DNA from: Raillietiella orientalis
Lineage: Eukaryota
Direction: 5' to 3'
NCBI GenBank assembly: GCA_036172245.1
Contig: JAYWIR010000001.1
Coordinates: 2,914,001 to 2,978,000, forward strand
Length of the DNA stretch: 64,000 nt
Each line of letters begins with the position of its first letter. Within the stretch, counting starts at the first letter, position 1. The position numbers were made by a program, and so were the translations under genes. Positions 15,101 to 27,100 of the stretch are shown in pieces. The notes beneath the pieces were generated by a model that was not told the DNA's origin, searched no databases, and saw only the letters and a list, made by a program, of their open reading frames with translations.

Positions 15101-18100
15101 CTACCACAGCATCCGTGATATACTTTCAGCCACAAACTTCGTGGAGTGAGAAGGCATGGTTGTGATAAAGAATGTGATGCGAGTTGTGGATGGAGTTCTT
15201 TATTATTATTATCTTGGTACTTCTGATTCCATCTTCGGGATTTTTCCTATAGTTATAGTTGCTCTGGGGCTTGTCGTAACGAATACAAAAATAATCTAAA
15301 TACATACGGAACATATATGAATACAGAATGAGCTTTTACGCATGATGATGCGGTCAATGTGAAGCTATCCAGAAACTGGAAACACTTCCAACCACCTATG
15401 CAGCCGTCTCCTTTTCATGAGTGGCACCATTTGTCGTCCCGTACACACACACAAAAGCACTCTATTCGAAGGTTCCATATCATTGGGATCAAAATTCTGC
15501 ACGTGAAGTTCATCCTATGTAATATGCCTTTGTAGGGAATTATTCCCTTCTGCGTACATCTTTTCCATTTTTATATACCGCATGTGTATGAGAATTATCA
15601 TTTTTTTCTTTCTTTTTTCTTCTGATACTTTCTCGACCTTGCTCAAATCGCGAGTCCCCCCTCCCCCTGTTTTTTCTTTCTTACAATAAAGCAAATGCTC
15701 CAAATTCGTATTTCAAGAAGACACATGAATGCTAACCTTGTCAGAGGGCAGTCCCAGTTCTTTCAGTGACTGATAGACGAGTTTCTCAGTTTTTCCTGAA
15801 GCAAAAGTGCGAGTAATGTTTTTAACGGTGATCCGTTCATTGGCATCTTCCATCATGCCCAGTCGCATCCAACTGGAACAGTACACCATATTAAAAGAAT
15901 GAAAGCTGTATTCTGCTTCGCTTAAAAGAAGCTGATCGACATTCAGAAGTCAAAAGAGGCAGATGCTGGAACGCCTGCTTAAAACAAGAAATCGAAATAC
16001 TTTCAGGGAAAAAATGAAATAGGACAGTGCTGGATTGCTGGACACGGAAGGGCCGAGCTTCTACTGGGTCACCTAGGTTTCCACTCGGATTTTGCAGAGC
16101 ACTGTGTCCAAGGGATCATGGCCTCCTAAACCAGAGTATCCGGAATTTTGCGACCTACCAGGTGGTAGCTGTGCACGCAAAAGAGGGTACGCGATAGCTA
16201 TTGAGGCAGTCCAATTCGAGTTTGCTAGGCGTTCACTCGTCTGTGTGGTAAAGCGTGATGAAATGTAGCGACCCTGTGGCTGCTCATGCTCATGACTGAC
16301 GATGAAGAGGTAAACCCGACCTAGCATAGAAGTATCTTCTCAAGGAACTGTAGGGCCATTTTTACTCCTACATTCATGGAATCACGTGGTTAACGAACAC
16401 ACGACACGCTGGCTGAAGGATATTTCTCGAAGACAACCTGCCCGGCGACAGATGTGAGAGGCTCGCGTAGGTGTGGGTTGTAGGGAAAATAATCAAGAAT
16501 GTCAACTCAGGTGCATTTTTGTCTTGGGGCTATTTGGAAATGTCATGATGATGAAATTTTTAAAAGCTACTTACAATCCAGCATATGAAGTCAGCGTCGT
16601 ATTTAATTTCTTACGTATTTACTCTACTGCTCCCACGTGGACGACAGTCTCTTTTGTTCCAGAAGTTCATAACCGATGAATTCTAGCCAACTGTCATGCA
16701 TCTTAAATTCATATCACGAGTGAGACTAAATTGAACAGCGTCTTTAACAGCTTTCCCTTAGAGAGAAGCGAAAAGTTAAAAGCAAGGCAGAAGTAGAAAA
16801 CTGCCTGCAGGATTACACCCCACCTCACTTTTACTCCTGTTCTCGGAAATAAACTCGTACTCCAACGAGAAGGTGAATTGAAAGATACAGTAGCATTTTT
16901 TTTTTTTTTTTTTTTTTAAAAAAAAGAAAGTTTTCTGACTCTTTTATTGGAAAAAAAAATGCAAATCTCTCTTACAATTCCTATTTCCGGCTCCCAAAAT
17001 CTTTATGTGTTACCACGGAAACGTGTAGGCACCAGGAAAAACGAAGCGAAGGACAGAATTTCGTGTACATTAGACCCCCGTATAACGCGGATTCGCATAA
17101 CCTGGAACGAATCTCTACGTTTCACGGAGTCCACTGTACTCGCTGGTTGGGAACTAACTGGATGGCATGATTCATAAATGATTGGTGTTTCGTTGTGGAA
17201 GTCAATGTAGAAGGAACAGGTTGCGGGACCAAACATTCTCCCAACTAACTGTCCTTGAAAACGCACACGCAAGGTCAGCAATGTCGGTTCAAGAGGGAAT
17301 CCCTTCAGAAAACTGAAGCAGCGAACCCCCTTCCCCCCCTTTGGGAGGCAAACTGGAATGCTCTGAATGCAGGACCATTGAGGAGGACTCCATCAAGCAA
17401 CGTAAATGCTCTCGCCGCCACCACCACTGGGGTAGGCCGTTCTCAGAGTCTGATCGAAATCCCAACTAAATACAAGCATGTGCAGTCTCGCTGCTACCCA
17501 ACGGCAGCATCTCAACGGAACCGCACGGGACGGCCCAGGGAACCAAAGATATCATATGAGGCATACTACTAACTAAATTTCACAATATGAATCTGGGTAG
17601 GTATTACAAATTCACAGTGCAAATGAATATCGACCGCAATGCACACACGTCATTGTGTATGATGTTATCGAAGTCTCTAAAGCACGAAGACTTTTTACTG
17701 CTATCACTTGAAGGATGCGAGATTCGATCGACCCAAGCACAGCATTTGAATGAAGCAATCTGTACAAAGCAGGGCAAACACTACACGACTGTACAGTTTT
17801 GATATTCCTCAATCACAATGTCATGCAGTCATAGTACAGCTGCCCTCACACAGGCTACTTTGGAACCATCCTTATTCGATTCGGGGGACACGTTTGCCTA
17901 TTATAATGCACAATAGTGAGAGCCGGATGTGGCACTTAGATATAGCAACCCTATTTCCGGTACGGAGATGCATGAGGTTGATTCTAGTCTGAGCTAGCGG
18001 ATGCTTGCTTTACTTTTGAATTGCTTTCAATTGACCTGGCAGTCTACTGCACATCGACTTCCATTCTTACCATGTTTTCATTCGCAACCTCTGCAAATCA

Positions 18101-21100
18101 ATTCATGTTCTTTTCGAAATGAGGATTGGGGTGAGATGGGTCCACATCATTCTCAACTCTTTTTTTGAGTGTGCAGCTCGGAGTTTAGTCCCAGTAACTT
18201 TTGCTGTTCTTGAACACGATCTGTATCCTGTAGCTTTCACGACGCAACCCTTAATAACCGGAATACCAAAACCTTACGATCTTATTCTCCGATAGGTCTT
18301 GCATCGTCTTTCCGAGATCAAATTGGATCAAACACGTCCCTGCCCAAGAAGATGAACGAAGACCAAGCAGGTGTAATGAGGTGGCTAAGAGCGATTTTCA
18401 ACAGCGCTGGTCTGCACGGATTCTGCATCCATTTTTCTCACTTCTTGATGACTAGAAGAGCTGGTCTGTATGCTAGCCCCTGCTTGGGGCTAGCATACAG
18501 ACCAGCTCTTTCTTCAATATCTTACAGCCCGTAAAGCCATAGCGGCATCTCGGTACACGCACCTGCCTGCCGGGCGATTTCTGTGGCACATCCTGTTCAC
18601 TTGCTCCGTATATTTTTTTCGCCTGCCGTTTACGCGGGAACATTCGAGAAACAAGGGTTCCTCCCTCAGAAACAGGATGAGTACTCGGTGTTAAGTAGGA
18701 GGCTGGGATTCTAGAATGCGCACCACTTTGGACCTTTAGAGAATAAGCCGTGCTTCGAGCAGCAGCGGCAAACACCCCTTTGCAGTTCTCCCTATTCACG
18801 TGCATCAACAAATCAAAACCTTCGCAAAATTTGATAATCTGAAAAACTCTTTGTCCCCCAGTCGCTTCGTGTGCCTTTCATTTCACGTGATGGTCAACTC
18901 ATCCGAACTTGCCTCCCGGTCCGATTTCTGTATGCTTGCTGCCAAGAGCTACACCCTGATGGTCTCAGCAGCACTGCACAATCCGCTCGAATTCCATCTA
19001 GCTGGAAGAGAATTCTTCCTAAAAGGATGCATCCCTGAACTCCTACCGCCATCTTGCTACCACATCGGATTACCAGAGTTTCCAGTTCGGGAGGATTCAC
19101 AAAAGTTTCTATACGATTTATTCTCATTGTCATGATCAGTGCGAAATCGAGAATTTTTCTTTTCATCAAAGCTGCGTTCGATGTTTCTGTTCGGAAAATG
19201 AGGAATGACCAAGGGACGAAATACGGGGAAGCGAGAAATTCCCACCTCCCTTCCTGACAAGAGGACACACAATTTGTTTTCATTCTTCAATCGACGCTGT
19301 TCTTTGAAAGTGGTACTCTTCGATGAGTCACACGCACCCTGAGGTGGAGTACACAATGCTAAGGAGCTTTGTGGCCGCCCCTAAGGAGGCGAACGGCTCT
19401 TCAGCATTCTGCGAGCCAAGAAAAGAAAAAAAACGCTATAGGGAGAGCAGCGAAAACAGAGGAAGGCTCAAAGGATGCGCCATGGTGACAAACTCTTTAG
19501 TCCCTCTGAGTGAGTGGGTGGAATAGGAGATGGTGCACCATTCCTGATTGGAATGCGGCTTCTTTCGTCCGTGTACTTCTCCATGCTAGCAACGATCCTT
19601 CGAGAAATCGCCACTGACATTTTTTTTTTCTTAAAAAAAAAAAAGGAAGAAAGGAACAAAGAAAAATGCATGCACGCGCGCACGCAAGCAGTTGATGGGC
19701 TGCGGATGCAGAGAGAAACCGAGCAGAGCTCGCCACGTGCCTTACTAGAAAAGGCAGGGAGAGCGATGGACCAAGGGAGGTGCGGAACCGACTGGTAAGG
19801 AGGACTTCGCTCATCTCCTCCGACTCGGCAAGCAAGCGCCTTCGCGCAGCTTCCTTCGCCAAACATCCGCTTAAAAGCGGTGACCGCAGTTGCCGGCCTG
19901 CGAGGCCACGGATGGGCTGTATTAGGAAGGGGCAGGGCTGTGGCATTCTCTTTCACAAGGAGAACTCACTGCTCCTCCATGCGTTTCCGAGTCGCCTTGG
20001 TATCCATCGATGAGGTTTTATATCAGCGGGAAACTCTCTACAGGGGAAGTGGAAGAAGGACAAAAGGAAAACACCAGCATCTTTCATGGAGCGCGAAAGA
20101 GTTGACGAATCCTAGACAGCCTCAGCTGCCACGTATCGGACAGAACCTGAAGATCGGCGGGCAGGAACCTGGTGTTTGCACAATCCGCGGTCGACTTTCG
20201 GAAGAGGAGCGTGGTAGAAGACATCCATTAAAGGAGTCTGCGCCCCACTTTGCTTTCGGAGATCTTGGTCTTCCGGCGGCTTAAGCTTGGAAACGAGGCC
20301 GGTCGTACCGAGCGTGGAGACTCGAAGCTGAGGGGAAGAATCCGACCGAAAATCTTCTCACCGCACCACCATCACTGTGTGCGAGCATCGGCAAGATGGA
20401 CGTAACCAAAAGCGAAAGGAGGAAGGAACACGTGTCGTCTCTGCAGGTGATTTCGCCGAAGGCGAGCGCCCTTCGAGGTGCGGAGCGTTTCTTTCCGATC
20501 TCGCTTCCGCATTTGAGGCCGTCTGCAACCGAAACCTCACGATGAACTGTGGATGTGTTTTCTTTTAGATCACGTGGCAGAAAGTGGTCTTCACTCAGAA
20601 CTGGCCGTGCAGTAAATGAGCTGCTCCGAATGAAAATCTCACCGAAGCAACCGACGAATTTTCGCATCCTTCAATTCCACCATGCAACCGTACTAAACTA
20701 AGCACAGAAGCAGTGACTTGACGGGACGTAGAACAAAGACATGGACTGATACTGAAGAAGAATGGTGCTTTTTTTCTTTTTTATAGATATAAAAAAAAAA
20801 AACTTGTAATCGTCTCCTAATGCAGAGAGCATGCTGAAACGTATCGTACGACATGCTCTGATACAGAACCATGCACATAGACACAAACACTTAACTGCTT
20901 CCTCAAGCTTGTCATGGGACACAGGTTGTTTGCTTTGGTGTTATGTGTCACACTACGTAAGCCATCTTGCCATACCTGATAATATTCCGAAAGCAAGTAA
21001 TAAGCTAAAATTAGCAATCAATACATTGCATTACATGTTTTATTTAACATGGAAGAGATCAAACCTGACGCGCAGACTGCACACTCGAAAGGATCAAAGC

Positions 21101-24100
21101 GTTTCTATGGGAACCCTGATGTCGGAGGGGAGGAAGATCAGGTATTCATCGCATGGTAAGTTTCGTTACAAAAAAGAAGGATGATGAATTTTGCTGTTAG
21201 CAGAACAATGGAGAACAATCACTCATTTTTCATGAATAATAATTTGCAAGTCACACACACACACACACGTGGAACAGGGCAACGAATAAAATGGAATCGT
21301 CGTTGCCCTACTACCGAGATAGTCAACTACGACATGAATAATAACGAAATTAATCTGCAATCCTCCAAAATTAGAAGCACGATTTGGAATAGGATGATGG
21401 TTAATCTAATGAAGTTACCATTACCAAGCCACGTTCACGTCGCCACATCCTCGAAAGCGCTAAATGCTGGAGCCAACAGCAGCTGTTATTGCGAATGAAG
21501 GTTAATGACTGAGGGAACGGAGGAGATGATTATAAGCAAAGGAGCAAATTGAATCAGCAGGAGATGATGAACCAAGGAAGTCTGGGATAGGGGGAGGAAG
21601 GGAGGAGGGGGGAGGTTGGCAACACACGGCGTGGAAACGTGGAAATCGGGTGCAGAACGGACTGGCAGTGCAGTGGCTCCAGCGTGCAGGGGTGCGCGGA
21701 AGATTCCGACTCGGGGAACTTCTTTAGCAAATTATTTCAGGGGCTGAGCAAAATCTGTGCAAGTGACGAAAGACTAATCACCTTGGCTGTTTCTGCATCC
21801 GGACATACGATGTGTTGGTAGTTGATGTTGACCATGTCCGTGCCGCTGCAGATTGTCAGAGATTTCTCGTCGGAGTTGCTCCCGTGCTTTTGCAGCAGCT
21901 GGTTCAGAAGGCGGATGTCCTGCAACAGATCAGGGAGGAGTGTGAGATGAGAACCACATGGAACTGCTCCAGCTCTGCCAGCATCCTCGTCGCCTCGTCA
22001 CGAACGGATCCAGCTTACTCATCCCCCAGCGAGAGAAAACCCCTTTGCCTTGCAAGAATCCAAGCACGGGGGTGAACGAGAGGGCGCCCGGAGTCGAGCG
22101 AGCGAGAACGCGGCGGCACCGCAAGCGCGCGTTCCGTCGGAGTGACACGCAGCAACCCGCGGTGGCGGCCTGCGTGGCATCGAGCGTTGTGGGTTCGAAT
22201 CCCCACGTGGTGGATCAACGCCGACAAGCAGATGAGTCGTGGAACTCGACGCGGCGACGACGCTGGTTGGTCCATGGGCTCCGGAGGCCACTGGTGGAAG
22301 CCGGAAACCTGTAGAGTGGCCGGGATTGGAGGTCGACCCTCCGGGGGTCCCTCCAGGTATCGAGAAACCCTTCGGGATTCCTCTCGGTTGCGAAGATGGA
22401 GCCAGCCATCTCGTACCATGGAGCTGGTGGACCGACACCTCTCCGGAATGTGAAGAAGAGCCCTCCAGAGAAATCTGGAGGCGTCCCTTTGGGGTTCTTC
22501 TCTTCAGAGGAGGAGGAAAAACAAGGAGCGGTTCCCTTGCGGAGAACAAATTCCAGCAGCAGATCCCTTCCGGGTTCCCTTCGAAGAAAAAACGAGGATT
22601 GGCCTCCTCTTCGGAGTCCCTTCGGAGAGAATAGGGAAGAGGTTCCCTTCGGTGTTCTTCTACCAAGAGTGAGAGGAACGGACTCCCTTCCTTCGGGGCC
22701 TTCCTGGATTCATAGGGCAGCCTCCCCCCGGGATTACCCCCTAGAACTGGAAGAATCTCACGCACCCCCCTCAGGTGACGTGGATAGTGTCAAAGAGACG
22801 GGAAGGAAAGCAGCGAAAACAGAAAAAGCCCAAAAGGATTCATCATGGTGACAAGCTCTTCAGTCTCTCTGAGTGGGTGGAATAGGAGATGGTGCACCAT
22901 TCCTGATTGGAATGCGGCTTCTTTCGTCCGTGTACTTCTCCATGCTAGCAACGATCCTTCGAGAAATCGCCACTGACATTTTTTTTTTCTTAAAAAAAAA
23001 AAAAGGAAGAAAGGAACAAAGAAAAATGCATGCACGCGCGCACGCAAGCAGTTGATGGGCTGCGGATGCAGAGAGAAACCGAGCAGAGCTCGCCACGTGC
23101 CTTACTAGAAAAGGCAGGGAGAGCGATGGACCAAGGGAGGTGCGGAACCGACTGGTAAGGAGGACTTCGCTCATCTCCTCCGACTCGGCAAGCAAGCGCC
23201 TTCGCGCAGCTTCCTTCGCCAAACATCCGCTTAAAAGCGATGACCGCAGTTGCCAGCATGCAAAGCCACGGATTAGGAGATTAGGCTGTGGCATTCTCTT
23301 TCACTGCTCCTCCATGCGTTTCCGAGTCTCCTTGGGTGCCTTGAATTCCTTTCTCCTTTGGGAGAACGTCTTTCGTTCCAGTCCTTGTTATTCTTCACCC
23401 TTATCTATGACCTGCGATCCCCTAACAGGGAACATCGTCCAAGCTGTGGAGCTATCTATGTGATGCTTCCTCCTAGATGCATCCAGGTTTCGAAATCGCA
23501 CGGGGATGCAATTAAGGAGCAGGACCCGCCCTTGACCACGTTCGACATTTTGAAGATCGGAGTATCATCCGTGAATGGCGCCAAACTGTTGGCGCGCTGC
23601 CCAGTTATAGGCCGATGCAATTTCATTGGCGCCGGCGACGCCAAATGCTTCAACTTCACCACTGTGGCTTCCCAGTAACCGACCCCGATGAGCTCCTTCC
23701 TTTGGGTGATGCGGAATTTTCATGTTAAAGAACTGAAGACTTGAGGAAATGTTGCAGGGTGCGCTGGTGACCATGCAAGGGATTTTAGGCTAGTGATGGC
23801 GCTTTCGAGTGCGACTCCTGTGACGTTGGTTGTTTTCGTTATGCTGGGCATTCCTTGACAACGAAGTGAGCTGTGCACCCACATTGGTGTGCGGTGTTTG
23901 GAACTCACACTACTCGTAGGGTGTGCGTTCCAAACATCACACACCACTCCTAGCACACAAACAATTACTTCAGAATACCTTCATGCAAATTTGGTGGATT
24001 TATTACAACAACAACAGCACTAACAACTGGAAGCATATCCGTCGTGGCAGAACAAGCATTCGGCTCATCGCTTTCCGAAACATCTTATAAGGAAAGCGGG

Positions 24101-27100
24101 CACTGTGTACACATTGTGTTTCATGTGTTTCGGAGATGGGTAGCAAGGACTGATGCTTCGAAAACACAAGGAGGAAATTTCCAATGGATTTCAAGGGAAA
24201 GAACTAGAACTTGAGATTCCAACACAGGGAATTGAAATTACAAAGAAGCAGGATGCATTTATCTCCAGGGGAGCGACCGATGCTTCACCGCCAGATGGTT
24301 CTCTTCATCTGACGTCTTCTGCATAGAAAGTCATACGAATCGACCACTAAGATTTTTGGCACGAACGCTTTCTGCTTGCCATGTTTGGTTAACAGCCGCG
24401 ATTCCGAGGTCCAGAACAGGGAACGTGCTCAAGGGCATCATCCCTCGTGAAATGGATAACTCGTCCCAATCACTATTCTTCCACCTTTTTGGATGACTGG
24501 AAAGCTCTTCCGAATATTTCTGTTGCGCGTGGAGTCCCTTGACGATGTGAACTCGCAGCATCTGCCCAAAAATTCTTCTGGACCCTTTTGTTTACCTTTT
24601 CCGCTCGCGGGATTCCACAGCCGGCAGCAGTGTCTGCCCGCCCTTCGAAACCGACTGGAAATCCAAACTGATTTCTTGAAAATAAACAAGAGGTTTCCGT
24701 CGCCGAAAAAGCTTAATAGAAGGGAATGCTCCCTGGGTGCAGCCAAAAGCTTTGGAAGGAATCTATTTCTTTCTTCATCTTTCTCCGCCCCAGTAACCAG
24801 CATCACATCACGACATTGTGTCACTTTCGTGCCTGCAATCCGACTAGAGAGTGAGAAGCGTTTCCGTTCGTGCCCACTGTTTCCCTATCGACACATTCCA
24901 CATTCCAGAATCCAATGTCCTAAAACCTCCATTCTTTTCTATGCACTTCTTGGATTTTTTTTTACGAAACTTCATTTAAAAGAAGGAAAAAAAAAAAAAA
25001 CAAATAAATAAAATCCTCCATGTTCGCGTGAGTCAATTTCAACTTATTTATTTCTTTAAGGGAAAATTTCCATATCGCAATGATGGAATCCATTCTAAGT
25101 AACTACCATTCACCACGTGGAAGGTGAAGATTCTTCATGCTGAAATTCCCGTTCGCTGCCCCCCCCCCCTTAGACCAAGCAGGATCCGCAATGCTTTACT
25201 CTCTCTCTAGTTGCGCATTTGAACGAAGCTCTCCCAGTGGTGGAGGAAAAGCATCAATTTTCTGGAATTTCCATCACGATCCCTTCGCCTCCTGTCCCCT
25301 CTTTGTGAGGGAATATTCTCCGGTGGGACTTCTGTTGATGATTTACGAGCCATGCTACAGAGACTGTTCCCAACTCTTGTGAAATCAATGCTGCTCCTTT
25401 CATCGCTATTTTCCCTCATCAATAAAAATCCTTACGCTTTCTCAAACACATTATAGATCTTATCTAAAAAAACAGTCTTCATGTTCAGTTAATCAACTCT
25501 TTTCCTGGGACTTCTTTGACACTTGAAGACGGATCTTCCATTGAAGGATTCGAAGCTTTTACGATCATCATTTTGCATCACTATCTCTGCCTGTGTGTTG
25601 CAGCCTTAAGATACACCTGTGTGCGTAACCAGTAGCATGTCAATGCAGAGAAATATCTCTAAATACACTTGCCTGCTGCCACACTGTTTTCCACGTGCAC
25701 TCCCCAAATATCTCTCTCACTTTCGTCTCCAGTTATGAAGTGCTGTGCTTTGCTGCGGATTTAATTCTTCATCCGGAAAATCCATCTCTATTTTGAAACG
25801 AGGATTTTCCTCTTCTGTTGTTTAAACTCTTCTGCCTGGCCCACTCAGTGAACATGTTTGCCGATCACTATTTCCAAATCTTACTTCAACCCTGACACCA
25901 AGTGCTGCTCATATTCTTGCATCTTGTTTCTTCTGCAACTGAAGCTCTTTTACAAGCGACAAATTTCCTCCGCTTTAACCTCCTTCAATTTTCAGATCAT
26001 TTAAGGAAAAAAGCTCCACTGTGGAGATGTTGAGCAATCCAACCATTCCGTCAAGCTCTGTAGTCTCTCTGAGTGGGTGGAACGCGAGATGGTGCACCAT
26101 TCCTAATTTCAATGCGTCTTCTTTCGTCCGTGCACTTCAACTCTGTATTCCGCCGGTGGCTTTAGCGGTACCTAATAATAAGGCTCAGAGCAGTGTCTTC
26201 TGCAACCTTGGGTACAGACGGCAGTCTCCCATGCGGGGATCTGTTGTTTTACTTGATGCCACGCCTTCAGTCCTTTGTCCGCTCGTAGTAGCTCTCTTCG
26301 CTGATCTTCAACTCAAAATTCCTCAAAATTCAAGAAACACATAACTTTATAGTGATCATCGAAATGCTTCAGTGACTTTGTATCGAGTAGTAATGGGCTA
26401 TTTCTAAGAAAATTCCAGAAAATCCTTATAAGAATCATCAGGTAACGTGTGACCGGAAGTTTGACAGCAATTCCTGCATCTTTTTGCTGAACAAAACTGA
26501 TCGAAAAAATTGGACCAAGGAAGGCTCTCTGCCAAGGATCGTCGCCTAAGCTACTATCTAAATACTTCTTTAATACATGGAGAGCAATGAAATTCCATTC
26601 AGAAACATGCGAAAGTAAGGATCTCTCTTCCAGAGTGATGTATTGGAGCAAACACTCATCAAGTCGCTCAGGAAGTGTCACAGTAAGACCATCGAATTCA
26701 ACAACAGGAAGTGAATGGGACCGGAATGGACAGCCTGAAAGATCAGTAACGAACCAGAAAATCCTAACACAAGCAGGATCCGTTTCTTGGGTTCCTTGTA
26801 GGAACTCTCAGATAAGTTGGTTCATCGGGAGATGCCTGAACATCCAATTGATATGACCCTTCTAAGCTAACACCAATAGCAACAGGCACAGAGAAAGAAG
26901 CTGTGTGAAGAAACTGGGGACGAATCTCCTGAAGGAATTTGGATTGGATGATGGAATGCAGGGATGTGGTTCTGATCGATTAAGCTGTCTTGTACAGGGA
27001 AGAGAGCATGGCAACACCTTCAATGACAAAAGCTTGAGAGGCAGTGTACAGTGCTCAGTTTTAAGGGGTGCATCAGGCACATCCATGACCTTGTGGATGG

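Noticed and set aside
15873-21781. Mutually exclusive twin of exon 5, as reported for Drosophila norpA
   Set aside because: Searched by eye for a second W..LR..THN....N.CP...L.KH exon and found none. A tBLASTn search would be needed to exclude it.
22150-22215. Functional tRNA gene
   Set aside because: Only the T-arm is intact; no full cloverleaf, and it is the head of a dispersed repeat.
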